Program-made: the position numbers and the translations under genes | Part shown: piece by piece, positions 49,624-59,675 of the stretch | How the letters are laid out: each line of letters starts with the position of its first letter | Numbering within the stretch: position 1 is the stretch's first letter | Origin: Bdellovibrionales bacterium | GTDB taxonomy: Bacteria > Bdellovibrionota > Bdellovibrionia > Bdellovibrionales > UBA1609 | Direction of reading: 5' to 3' | DNA: 64,000 nucleotides | Assembly (NCBI GenBank): GCA_965203095.1 | Contig: OZ241877.1 | Location: 672,001-736,000, forward strand | Notes under the pieces: generated by a model | The model's database searches: none | Told to the model about the DNA's origin: nothing | What the model saw: the letters and a program-made list of their open reading frames with translations, nothing else

Positions 49624-50683
49624 GAGAGCCTATTAAAAAATCAATTTTCTTGAATGTTGTCTATGCACTTAACAATAAATTCTTCTAAAACTTTAAATTC
49701 ATAATGTAATTGTTTGGCATCTGAAAATTCATATTCAAAATCATGTTTTGCAAAATTTCCTGTTGTATGAATCTGTTTGATGGCATCATGCATCTTATTT
49801 TTATCTTGTTTCTGATTTTTATACCATTCATTGAGCTTACTTCCAAAGAAGCTGTCAAAAGATTGTTTTTCTTTTTTGCCCATATAAACTGACAGACTTT
49901 CCAAAAAAGCCCAGCTACCAATATAGCACAAATAAGGATGTTTTATTAAAGATATTGTGCAAAGTGAATCGTATAATCTGACCAGCTTTTTTTTGTTTAA
50001 TTGAGATAGCTTTAATTCTACTTCTTTTGATTTTTGTATTTTTGTTATATTTTTTAAAGATTTTTTTGTTTTGATTTCTCCACTTGGTTTTTTTACTATA
50101 ATAGTTTCTTTTTTTTCCTCATCAGGGGAATCCTCTGTTTCTGGAGGATTTATTTTATCTTGCTTTGAGCGATAAAAATTAACTTGATCCATAAAATTAG
50201 GTTCTTTTTTAAGTTCTTTTTTTAATTCAATATATAGAGGATTTAGATCATCGATAAATTTTGTCTTCATAAAATCAATTTCAAAATCATTTAAATGAAT
50301 CTCTCCATAAAGTCTTTGACTGGCATATTTATTTTTTGTTCCTAATAAAACTTCAGCACTATTTGGATTTATAAGAGTTCCTTGTATTACTCTTCTATTT
50401 CTAAAAAGCCTTATGCCGGGATGTTTCACATAGCTCCCTGTTTTCATAATTATAAAAAAGCCTTTCACTTCTTTTCCTTTATAAGTCAAATTAATTTTCT
50501 GTTTCCATTTTCTTTTAATTTTATCTTTTGGTTTTCCATTTTTATCCACAACAGGAAAATTTAAAGTTTCTGGAGGTTCAAAAAAGGCTTTGTTTGTTTT
50601 CTTCCATCTCTTTAGCAAAATATTATCATTATATATAACATCTATTGATAAAAAATCTTTAAATTTTATAAATGTTTCTGCTA

Positions 50684-51818
50684 TACTGGTTTGATTTAAA
50701 AAATCAAGTTTTTTTGATAAAGGTTTAGTTTTTGGCATTATGAGTTTTCCAAATCTTTTGGATGTTCTATAATATGTTTCTATGAACTCATTTTTAACTG
50801 GCAAGCAAAAAGCAGAGCTTTTAACTTTTCTTCGTTTGGAAAGGAATCGTAGGCGAGCGGATCGTATCCGGGTTATTTTGTTGCTGGATAGTGGAGAGTC
50901 TGTCACCGATATTGCGAGATTTTTATTTTTTGATGAAGGAACTATCAGAAACTGCAAAAGGCGTTATGAAGAAGGAGGTTTGTCGAGGTTGGTTTATGAC
51001 GATCATAGAGGTCGCATGTCGTATTTATCTGAGGAACAACGGAAGAAACTGGTTTTGGAGTTGGAGTCAAAGGTATATCCCACAACAAAGGCAGTTGTTT
51101 TATATGTTCAAAAGACATTTGGGGTTGTTTATACTGTGAATGGAATGACGGCTTTACTTCACAAGTTAGATTTTTCATATAAGAAGCCAAAGGGTGTGCC
51201 TGGGAAGGCTGATATTGAGAAGCAGAAGGTGTTTATTCAAAGATATCGCAGGATAAAAAAGAGAGGTGATTTAGTGTATTTTGCGGATTCAACTCATCCT
51301 ATGCTCAATCCTGTAATATCATCGGGTTGGATTAAGAAGGGGGTGGAGTTTAAGGTTAAAACTAATTCAGGTCGTGAGCGGGTGAATATAAATGGTGCGA
51401 TAGAGATAAATAGTTTAGATTTTGTCAGTAGAAGCTGTGAGAGGGTTAATAAAAATTCAATGCAGGAGTTATTGCGAGCTGTGAGGGCGAGACAGCCTAT
51501 GAGGGATAAAAGGTTGTATTTGGTTTTAGACAATGCACCATATAACAGGGCCTTTCAGGTGAGGGATTTAGCGAAAAGTTTGGATATTACTTTGCTGTAT
51601 TTGCCTCCATTTTCTCCTAATTTGAATCCTATTGAGAGGTTTTGGAAATTTGTAAAGAAGAAGACAATGGCTAATGTGTATTTTTCAGATCTTAAAACTT
51701 TTCGTAAAGAGTTGATGCTGTTTTTAAGAGGTGTTAGAAAATACAGGGCTGAATTGTCCATGCTTATTACTGATAATTTTCATGTCATCGAAACCTGAAA
51801 ATTCAAACAAGACCAGTA
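50684..51818 (+). mobile_element. IS630-family insertion sequence, 1135 bp (copy 2)
   Basis: TA duplicated at 50682-83 and 51819-20; same ends as copy 1. Confidence 0.95.
50782..51798 (+). CDS. IS630 family transposase
   Basis: Protein identical to 12572-13588. Confidence 0.95.
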   Translation: MNSFLTGKQKAELLTFLRLERNRRRADRIRVILLLDSGESVTDIARFLFFDEGTIRNCKRRYEEGGLSRLVYDDHRGRMSYLSEEQRKKLVLELESKVYPTTKAVVLYVQKTFGVVYTVNGMTALLHKLDFSYKKPKGVPGKADIEKQKVFIQRYRRIKKRGDLVYFADSTHPMLNPVISSGWIKKGVEFKVKTNSGRERVNINGAIEINSLDFVSRSCERVNKNSMQELLRAVRARQPMRDKRLYLVLDNAPYNRAFQVRDLAKSLDITLLYLPPFSPNLNPIERFWKFVKKKTMANVYFSDLKTFRKELMLFLRGVRKYRAELSMLITDNFHVIET

Positions 51819-52393
51819 TAAGTGTGGTATCAGTTTGTCTTGATAATACTCTTTTGATTCCATTCTTTTGCAATTTTTTATAATTATTTTTGTATAATGA
51901 GCTTTTTCTCGCTCCTCTTCACTGGAAACAGTAATTTCTGTTTCATTTTTCTCTAATAATTTGTTAAGGTCAAATACACATTTTAATTTTTCTTTAGAAT
52001 TTAAAGCTGAAGTTTCAATCATCCAAGTATTGCTCAACCAAACTGCGGCTGTTTTCATCCCTACTCCAAATTTTGACAGACTGGTTTCTTTATGCTTTAT
52101 GTTTGTATCCATTTTTATAGCTCTTTGAAAACTCTCTCTGTTTATTCCAGAGGCATTGTCTGAAATAGTTATCTCTTTTTTCTTACTATCAATAAAAATT
52201 TTTATTCTTAAAAAAAGGTTCTTTTTATCGATAGCTGATATAGCTTTCTGATTATCTATATAAGACTGGATAGAATTATCCACAAATTCAGAAAGGGCAG
52301 AATAAACAGAATAAGATTGACTCTGCAATAGTCTATACATTCCCATATCAGGGGAAACATCTACTTTGAAAGGTTTAAACATCTTTTCCTCCT

Positions 52394-53656
52394 TTAATGA
52401 TGATAAACTGATTTTATTTTTTTAGCCAGTAGCTCAACAATTTTAGCATTAACAGCATTGCCAAAAGATTTAAATGCCAATGTTTCATTTTTTGGAATAT
52501 GGGATAAGGAGTGAAGATTTTGCAATTTTGCGGCTTCAAATTTTGAGATATACCTCATTTCACTACCAATAACAGGTCTTTGTGTCGTGTTGATAGCTAC
52601 AAGAGAAGGGATTTTATCAGGTTTTGACACACGAATACCGGAAGCCCGGAATTGCAGAATGTGATCTGATAAAACATATTTGTTTTTTGCCCCTCTCCAC
52701 TCCAACATTTGCCAGCTATTATATTTTCTGTTTATAGTTTTTACCCAGTTATTTAAAAAAGGCTTGTTTTTCTTATATAAATTTCTTGTATGAAGGATAG
52801 AGTGTTTAAGCCAGTCCGGTGTTTTCCTTTCTTTTTTTACATAAAAAGGCAATTTAGATAAAAGATTTTTCCAATTTGAAGAATTGTTTAGTTTTTGCCC
52901 GTAAGCCCCTTTGTATTTATACATTTCTTTTAATTTAAAAGACTGAAAATCTAAAGGATATGTTGCCCTTAATTCAGGGGCTACTATTGACAAAGATGAT
53001 AAAGTCTTAATTTTACAGCCATTCAATAATTTTTGCCAATGTTTGATTTGAAGGGTTTTTTCTGTTTCTATTTTTTTATGACTATAGGATGAAATAAGGA
53101 TTTTATTCAATGGCTGGATAGATTTTTTTTTGTTTGGCCATTGAAATTTTTGCAGATGCTCATTATTTTTAAATCCTAAAATGAAAATTCTTTTTCTATT
53201 TTGTGGGATACCAATATCTAATGGAGAAATGATCTTATATATAATTTTGTAGCCTATCTTATTGAATGATCTTTTAATGAATTTCCAGAATTTTCCATTT
53301 TCAATATTCAGTATATTTGGCACATTCTCTAAGATTAAGAAATCAGGGAAATGATATTCAGCAATCCTGAGAATATCTTTTATTAACTTTCCTGAATTTG
53401 GACACTTATAACCTGTTTTTTTTCCAGCTAAGGAAAAAGGCTGACAAGGAAACCCAGCACATAAAATTTCATGTTGAGGAATATCTGATTCATGGATTGT
53501 TCTTATATCCCCTTCTGGTTTTATGCCAAAATTTTTATAATAAAGTTTTTGCAATTCAGTATTGATTTCTGAAGCAAATACGCAATCAAAGCTACCTGCA
53601 TTCATCAGACCTTTATGAAAACCGCCAATGCCTGAAAAAAGATCAATAAATCGCAT
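52394..53656 (-). CDS. dcm: DNA (cytosine-5)-methyltransferase
   Basis: FIDLFSGIGG, GFPCQPFS, ENV, PQNRKRIF, FGNAV. Confidence 0.93.
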   Translation of the reverse strand: MRFIDLFSGIGGFHKGLMNAGSFDCVFASEINTELQKLYYKNFGIKPEGDIRTIHESDIPQHEILCAGFPCQPFSLAGKKTGYKCPNSGKLIKDILRIAEYHFPDFLILENVPNILNIENGKFWKFIKRSFNKIGYKIIYKIISPLDIGIPQNRKRIFILGFKNNEHLQKFQWPNKKKSIQPLNKILISSYSHKKIETEKTLQIKHWQKLLNGCKIKTLSSLSIVAPELRATYPLDFQSFKLKEMYKYKGAYGQKLNNSSNWKNLLSKLPFYVKKERKTPDWLKHSILHTRNLYKKNKPFLNNWVKTINRKYNSWQMLEWRGAKNKYVLSDHILQFRASGIRVSKPDKIPSLVAINTTQRPVIGSEMRYISKFEAAKLQNLHSLSHIPKNETLAFKSFGNAVNAKIVELLAKKIKSVYHH

Positions 53657-53746
53657 ATATGACTTATCGGCTTTTACTTTTCAGATCTAAAATTTTTAAT
53701 TGATATTCTCATTTTTGTAAAATTCTGACAAAAAGAGATTTTTTAT

Positions 53747-54385
53747 ATGATTCTTAAATGGAAAAAATCCCTACAAGAAGAGGATTTTGGTTCTTTTTTT
53801 AAAAAAATTCCTATGGAATCCCGAAAAAATATGTTAAACTACGAACCGAAGATAATAAACACGCAAGACCGGAAAATTCGAAAGGCTTTGAAGGCAGGGG
53901 AGTTTAAGGGTTATAGTGTGATAAAGTTATTGTCTGAGGTATGGAGTTTAAAGAAGAAAATAACTCCATTAAAGGTAAGGGATGTTTATGCTGAGTTTGA
54001 GGAGATATTGAGTGGTTTAAAAGGGAAGGAGAGGAAGACTGTAGAGTTAAGAATATTGGAGTATTTGAGGGATAATACGGGTTTGGATTTAAAAGTTTGG
54101 GAAAGGGCGGAAAAACTGCTTATATCCGAAGGGATATTAAAACAAGGAGGGCTTATGCAAGATGTTTGGGAAATTATCAGAGAGAAAGGTCGCTGGGAAG
54201 GCGAAAGAAAAGGCTTAAAAAAAGGCCGACAGGAAGGTCGGCAAGAAGGTCGGCAAGAAGGTCGGCAAGAAGAGCGACAACAAGTTGTCCGAAATATGCT
54301 GAAAGAGAAGGCAGATATTTCCTTTATCGCCAATGTGACGGGGCTTTCTAAAAAAGCAATAAAAAAGCTGAAAAACAGTTCTTAA
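53747..54385 (+). pseudogene. 5'-truncated Rpn (copy 3); C-terminal module intact
   Basis: Near-identical to the 3' two-thirds of 47349-48365; lacks the HDxFFK and EHKS motifs. Confidence 0.8.
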
Positions 54386-54621
54386 AGTGGCTGAATCTCC
54401 TCTAATTCCACCTGCACTTCAGCCTAATCCCATTTTTTTACTTTTAAATGCAAAAATAACCCTGCTTGAGAAAAAGATAAACAAACTTTCAGCGGGGCAG
54501 GCCAAGACTTTAGCTAAGGGCTATTGTAAAAAGATTCTGTCAGCGAAATACTGTGCATTGACTGCCCTTTGTTCGGGTTTGCCGTCAAGAGAAGCTAAAA
54601 AAAGAGAGAATTTTAAGAGAC

Positions 54622-54873
54622 TTATTTTTTAAAGTGCTGATCAATTTTAGACTCAAGATTGTCAATTCTTTTATCAAACTTGCTATCCAGTTGCTCAATC
54701 TTTTTGTTTGTGTCTGTTATATGATTATTTAAAGTCTGTTTTATGTGTTCATTGTCTTTACTCAAAAGCTCAATCTTATGCCCAAGCTTTATATAAAAGA
54801 AAAACAAAACACCAAATAAGATAATACTTTCAAAACTAAAACCTAAAGAACCTAAAACTGATAAAATTGCCAT
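54622..54873 (-). CDS. Small TM + coiled-coil protein
   Basis: Hydrophobic N-half, LNNHITDT..KRIDNLESKID; TTGACT-17-TATAGT promoter 6 nt before the ATG. Confidence 0.6.
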   Translation of the reverse strand: MAILSVLGSLGFSFESIILFGVLFFFYIKLGHKIELLSKDNEHIKQTLNNHITDTNKKIEQLDSKFDKRIDNLESKIDQHFKK

Positions 54874-55121
54874 AAAAAAACTATAACACAGCCCTAAAAA
54901 TCAGTCAAAAAAAAGTAATTTTAAGCACTTTTTTTCCTGACTTCCGCATAACGCAATGCGACAAATGAGTGTTTATAGGCATTTACAGGTTTTTGGTGCC
55001 ACACAATTTAAGATTTAATGTAAGATGTGGGGATAAATTGAGACACTCTATTTAAGGCCAAAAGCCTCATATATAGCTCTTATCTCTTCTGTGGATAGAA
55101 GGCCGGCCATACGATAAAGAT

Positions 55122-55664
55122 ATGTTAAACTATGGTTTGAGGATAATAAACACGCAAGACCGGAAAGTTCAAAAAGCCCTTAAGGCTGGGGAATTTAAGG
55201 GTTATAGTGTAATAAAATTATTGTCTGAGGTATGGGGTTTAAAGAAGAAAATAACTCCATTAAAGGTAAGGGATGTTTATGCTGAGTTTGAGGAGATATT
55301 GAGTGGTTTAAAGGGGAAGGAGAGGAAGACTGTAGAGTTAAGGATATTGGAGTATTTGAGGGATAATACGGGTTTGGATTTGAAGGTTTGGGAAAAGGCG
55401 GAGAGATTGCTTGTATCAGAAGGGATATTAAAACAAGGAGGGCTTATGCAAGATGTTTGGGAAATTATCAGAGAAAAAGGTCGCTGGGAAGGCCGACAAG
55501 AAGGACGACAAGAAGGACGACAAGAAGGCCGACAGGAAGGACGACAGGAAGGCCAACAAGAGATTGTCCAAAATATGCTGAAAGAGAAGGCAGATATTTC
55601 CTTTATCGCTAATGTCACAGGTTGGCCTGAAAAAGCAATAAAAAAGCTGAAAAACAGTTCTTAA
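55122..55664 (+). pseudogene. 5'-truncated Rpn (copy 4); C-terminal module intact
   Basis: Near-identical to the 3' half of copies 2 and 3. Confidence 0.8.
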
Positions 55665-55683
55665 AAACTATAAATATTAGTTT

Positions 55684-56988
55684 TTATTTTTGATCTTTTT
55701 TCCAACAGTTAAGGGCTTGGATCGCATAACTGAGAGAGGTTCTTTTTGTTTTTTTCAAAGTATGGATCAATTGTTTTTCCAAAAAAGATCGCTCAGCTTT
55801 TGTGCTGGCACCAGCCTTTAAAGCCAGGTTTTTAATATGAAGTTTCATGTGCCCCTCAATCACCCCTTCTGTCACGAGGGCTTTTAAAGCACCCAAGTTT
55901 TGAATTAAGCCTACAGCACAAGCAAGACCTGCCAACTCCGCAATAGAGGGATGGCCCAAAATTTTTAAACAGAGCCGGGCCGTGGGATGAATGTCTGTGA
56001 CCCCTCCCACAGTGCCCAACATAAAAGGCCCTTTCATTTCCCCATGCAGGTCTTTTCCCTTAACCCGCCACTTTGTGAGAGAGGAGTAGCCCGCCCCCCG
56101 GCCCGCATAAGCATGCAAACCCGCCTCCACAGCTCGCCAATCATTTCCTGTGGCAATCAATAGCCCATCTATACCATTTAAAACCCCCTTGTTATTGGTG
56201 CAAGCTCGGTAAGGATCCAGCTCAGCAAACAAAGAGGCTGTTTCAATTTTTTTAATCAGAGCGGGATCTTGATCTCGAACAATCACTTTAGCCTGAGCCA
56301 TCCTTTTGTCCGCTAAATTCGAAAGGATAGCCATCCCGACCTGCTCTCCGCTGGCTTTTTCCAACAAAGGTTTAAAATATTCGCAAACTTGATTGATAAT
56401 ATTAGCCCCCATAGCCAAACAAGTTTCCACATACACATGCCAAACAGCCATAAGCCCCCCATCAGGCCGGGCAATGGCCCTCAACTCCCAATCTTTTAAG
56501 CCTCCCCCTCGCCGGAACATGGAAGAGAGCACTGTTTGATGAGCTTGGTTTTTCCATTCAGGAAAATTTTTCTCAATACAGGTTTTAAGTCCGGGATAAT
56601 TTTTTACATAAGGAATTTGTATTTGACCTGTTGAAACTGTGCCTAAAATTTTTGTCTGAATTTCCCCATTATGACAAACCCACTTAGCAGTTTTGCTGGC
56701 CGCGGCGATAATAGAGCTTTCCTCCACAGCCAAAGGGATAGCGTAAGACTTCCCGTTAATTACAAAATGGACCGCCACACCTAAGGGCAGGTGAAACCAA
56801 CCCAAAGTGTTTTCTATCAGGCTTTCTGCAAGATCTATATTCAAGCTGGAATTTTTGAGGGAAGAATGGGACTCTAAATACACTCTATCCTCTTTAGACA
56901 AAAAACCCAGTTCCTCTAAAAGATCCAATCGCTCTTTGTAATTGAGCTTGGAGAACCCCTCAAATTTTTTTAAGAGAGCAGTTTCCAT
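55684..56988 (-). CDS. mvaA: Class II HMG-CoA reductase
   Basis: IENTLG, EESSIIAAAS, AMGAN, NKGVLNGID, GNDWRAVEAG, GHMKLH. Confidence 0.92.
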   Translation of the reverse strand: METALLKKFEGFSKLNYKERLDLLEELGFLSKEDRVYLESHSSLKNSSLNIDLAESLIENTLGWFHLPLGVAVHFVINGKSYAIPLAVEESSIIAAASKTAKWVCHNGEIQTKILGTVSTGQIQIPYVKNYPGLKTCIEKNFPEWKNQAHQTVLSSMFRRGGGLKDWELRAIARPDGGLMAVWHVYVETCLAMGANIINQVCEYFKPLLEKASGEQVGMAILSNLADKRMAQAKVIVRDQDPALIKKIETASLFAELDPYRACTNNKGVLNGIDGLLIATGNDWRAVEAGLHAYAGRGAGYSSLTKWRVKGKDLHGEMKGPFMLGTVGGVTDIHPTARLCLKILGHPSIAELAGLACAVGLIQNLGALKALVTEGVIEGHMKLHIKNLALKAGASTKAERSFLEKQLIHTLKKTKRTSLSYAIQALNCWKKDQK

Positions 56989-58001
56989 CTTTTAACCTTT
57001 TTTAACTCCTTAATGGATCGAGCACCAGTGCAAAATAAGCTGACTTTTAATTCATATTCTAAACGGGACATAAATTGATCTAAAACTTTTTCACCAGCGA
57101 AAAGAGCTTTTAAAATAGGTTGGCCAAAACCCACAAGGCTGGCTCCCATAGCTAACGCTTTAGCCGCGTCCAGGCCGGTCCTTACACCACCGGAAGCCCA
57201 AAGCTTGTAATCTTTACGAACTCCTCTACTATTTAAAAGAGATTCCACAGTGGAAACTCCCCAAGAGGAAAAAGTCTCTCCAATACCAAACAAAGTGGAA
57301 TTTTTATTATAGCGAGCCCCTTCTATACGGCCCCAGTGAGTGCCTCCTAAACCGCTCAAATCCACAGCAGAGAGGCCAATATGGTTTAACTGCTCCAATG
57401 TGTTTTTTGAAAAGCCACAACCAGTCTCCTTAACAATTAAAGGGATAGTAAGTTCTCGCGAAAGTTTTTTAATGGCGGAAAGCCCCCCTCGGAACTGAGC
57501 CGTCCCTTCCTTTTGCAAAGCCTCTTGCAAGGGGTTCAAGTGAATGATCATCCCCTCAGCGGAAAGGCTATCCACTAAAGAGAGAATTTGCTTTAAAGAG
57601 ACCTGCAAAACCTGCGAAAGGCCCAAATTGCCTAAAAGAATAAGCTTAGGGCAAGCCCTCCTTATACTCTCCCATTCATCACCTTTTGAAGGATCTTTTA
57701 GTTGCCCTCTTTGAGAACCTGCACACATAATCCATGAGTGCCTTTCGCAAGCTTTTGCCAACTGGAGGTTTAATTTTTTTGAGCCGGGCCAGCCCCCTGT
57801 CATAGAGCTGACAAAAAAAGGTGTTCTTAACTCCCTCTTCTCCCATTTTTGCCCGATAGAGACCTCCTCTATATTTAAATCAGGAAGAGAATTATGGATG
57901 AGGGAAATACGGTGCCAACCCGTAGGGACGGAGGCTTGAGAGAGGGGTTTAAGTGCCAAGGACAGCTGGCTTTGCTTTCTCTTCTCAAAAGAATTGGCCA
58001 T
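56970..58001 (-). CDS. fni: Type 2 isopentenyl-diphosphate isomerase
   Basis: SSMTGG, GSQR, HLNPLQE, KETGCG, GGTHW, SGGVRTGLDAAKALAMGA. Confidence 0.93.
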   Translation of the reverse strand: MANSFEKRKQSQLSLALKPLSQASVPTGWHRISLIHNSLPDLNIEEVSIGQKWEKRELRTPFFVSSMTGGWPGSKKLNLQLAKACERHSWIMCAGSQRGQLKDPSKGDEWESIRRACPKLILLGNLGLSQVLQVSLKQILSLVDSLSAEGMIIHLNPLQEALQKEGTAQFRGGLSAIKKLSRELTIPLIVKETGCGFSKNTLEQLNHIGLSAVDLSGLGGTHWGRIEGARYNKNSTLFGIGETFSSWGVSTVESLLNSRGVRKDYKLWASGGVRTGLDAAKALAMGASLVGFGQPILKALFAGEKVLDQFMSRLEYELKVSLFCTGARSIKELKKVKRWKLLS

Positions 58002-58002
58002 T

Positions 58003-58347
58003 TCAGCGGAGGGCTTGCCGGACGATTTGAGAAAAAGCCTGGGGGTTTTGCACTGCTAAATCCGCCAGCATTTTCCGGTCTATTCCTATCTTTTTTTTGT
58101 TAAGAGCCTGAATAAGCTTTGAGTAAGTGGAACCGTTTTCACGAGCCTCTGCATTGATTCTCATAATCCACAACCGGCGGAACTGCCTTTTTCGTGTTTT
58201 CCTGTCTCGATATTGAAAGGCTAAGGCCCGGTCGGACTTCTCTATAGCTACAGAAAAACAACGGCTATTAGCCGAATAAAAGCCCTTAGCTCGCTTTAAA
58301 ATCTTTTTCCTAAATTTTCTGGCTTTAAAGCCTCTTTTGACACGCAT
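58003..58347 (-). CDS. rplT: 50S ribosomal protein L20
   Basis: MRVKRG, YRDRK.RKR.FRRLWI.RINA, DRKMLADLA. Confidence 0.97.
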   Translation of the reverse strand: MRVKRGFKARKFRKKILKRAKGFYSANSRCFSVAIEKSDRALAFQYRDRKTRKRQFRRLWIMRINAEARENGSTYSKLIQALNKKKIGIDRKMLADLAVQNPQAFSQIVRQALR

Positions 58348-58376
58348 TTTTAACCTCTTTATTTAACTGCTAAGCC

Positions 58377-58577
58377 TTAGCGATTCCCCAACTGCCTTTT
58401 TACCCCCGCCCGATCGGAAGGATGAACTTTTGTCATCTGGCCCAACTGCCTTTTCCGTTTAGAGGATTTGTTGGAGAGAATATGCCTCATGCCTCGTTTT
58501 TTCCTCTTAATCAAGCCACTGGGCTTTAAACGGAACCGCTTGACAGCCCCTTTATGAGTTTTTGCTTTATTGGCCAT
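58377..58577 (-). CDS. rpmI: 50S ribosomal protein L35
   Basis: KTHKGAVKRF, RHIL, KRKRQL; adjacent to rplT. Confidence 0.95.
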   Translation of the reverse strand: MANKAKTHKGAVKRFRLKPSGLIKRKKRGMRHILSNKSSKRKRQLGQMTKVHPSDRAGVKRQLGNR

Positions 58578-58659
58578 TTCCTACTGCCCTTAACAGCTCA
58601 GCCATAAAATCAGGTTTGTTTTTAAAAAGCAAGATATTTTTTATTATTTTATTAAGGAA

Positions 58660-59484
58660 CTATCTCTTTTTTAATTTATTCAAGAAAAAACTCCCCCGGA
58701 CAAGTAAAAGGTAAAAAACGGCAAATATTTTTATCAAGGCTTTTCCCTGGCATTTTATGAAAAGCCGGGGAGCAAAACGAGGTTTTCCCTCAAAAGCCAA
58801 ACTCGCACCATGGAGCCATGCCCGGCTAATAAACTTAAAAAAACTGTGGCGGGCAAGATGATAGGCGGAAAGGCTATCATCTTGAAGGCTTTTATGGCCT
58901 TCTGCCATAAGAGATTTTAAAAAATGAATCTCCTCTCCTCCAAAGCCCAAAGGATGAGGGCTTTTAAATAAAGCCTTAAAAGCTTTGTCAGTTTTAACAG
59001 ACAAATTGCCTGCCGGCATAAACTCTGGCCAAGCCTTCATCCATACCCGGACCACATAATTGTAAGAGCAAGCCCAAAAAGAGCTTTCCGAATGATCTAA
59101 GTAGCCAGCCCCTATAGCTATCGCTTGAGGCCGTTTTTTGTGCGACTTTAAAACTCGGCTCAAAGCCTCCTCATCCTTCAAAATCACATCTTCGTCAATA
59201 AAGTAAATAACTGGGGAGTGAGCCCTTTTTAGGCCCAAATTTCTCATTTCATAGATAGGGCTTTTTGAAGGTAAAAAAAGAATTTCAGCATTAGGAAACC
59301 TATTTTTAATCAAAGAAATGGAAGGAGAATGTTTTAACTCCTCTTGAAAAATAAAAAGAGCTTGCCATATCGACGGGTTCAAGCTCTGCCGGGCTAAAGC
59401 TTGTAGGTTTTTTTTAAAAATTTCCGACTGATTAGAGCAAGAAACCACAACAGAAAGCAAAATATTCTTTGGGCTATTTGACAT
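58660..59484 (-). CDS. Glycosyltransferase family 2
   Basis: LSVVV, RNLGL, FIDED (DxD), GGEE. Confidence 0.75.
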   Translation of the reverse strand: MSNSPKNILLSVVVSCSNQSEIFKKNLQALARQSLNPSIWQALFIFQEELKHSPSISLIKNRFPNAEILFLPSKSPIYEMRNLGLKRAHSPVIYFIDEDVILKDEEALSRVLKSHKKRPQAIAIGAGYLDHSESSFWACSYNYVVRVWMKAWPEFMPAGNLSVKTDKAFKALFKSPHPLGFGGEEIHFLKSLMAEGHKSLQDDSLSAYHLARHSFFKFISRAWLHGASLAFEGKPRFAPRLFIKCQGKALIKIFAVFYLLLVRGSFFLNKLKKR

Positions 59485-59675
59485 TATGATTTTTCTTCCT
59501 TCTATTATACTTGCTTATAAGATTATAGCATAAACCATTCCCAACGGGAAAGACGGACTTTAACTGGGTTTGAATAAAAAAATCATATTGATATGTTGAT
59601 AATTCATGGTATTATTTTACTGTTATTTTTTTTAATATAACAAATAAATAATGTGTTTTGTAAAAATTTTTCAAA

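Larger units (their letters stand above)
49641..52382 (-). pseudogene. GHKL (MORC/MutL-like) ATPase, partner of the C5 methyltransferase, interrupted by IS630
   Basis: SEFVDNS, SDNASGI, SKFGVGMK motifs. Removing the IS and one TA joins ...LIPHL to AETFIKF... in frame (534 aa). Confidence 0.88.

Noticed and set aside
49641..50957. 438-aa ORF as an independent gene
   Set aside because: Its first ~92 aa are IS630 antisense sequence (shared with ORF 13413-13721); the rest is the 3' part of the interrupted GHKL gene.
55045..55120. Minus-strand fragment LYRMAGLLSTEEIRAIYEAFGLK, faintly MqsA/HTH-like
   Set aside because: Too short to support a call.
43345..55680. tRNA-integrated element with an attR duplication
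   Set aside because: I found no second copy of either tRNA 3' end and no integrase; the search was by eye only.
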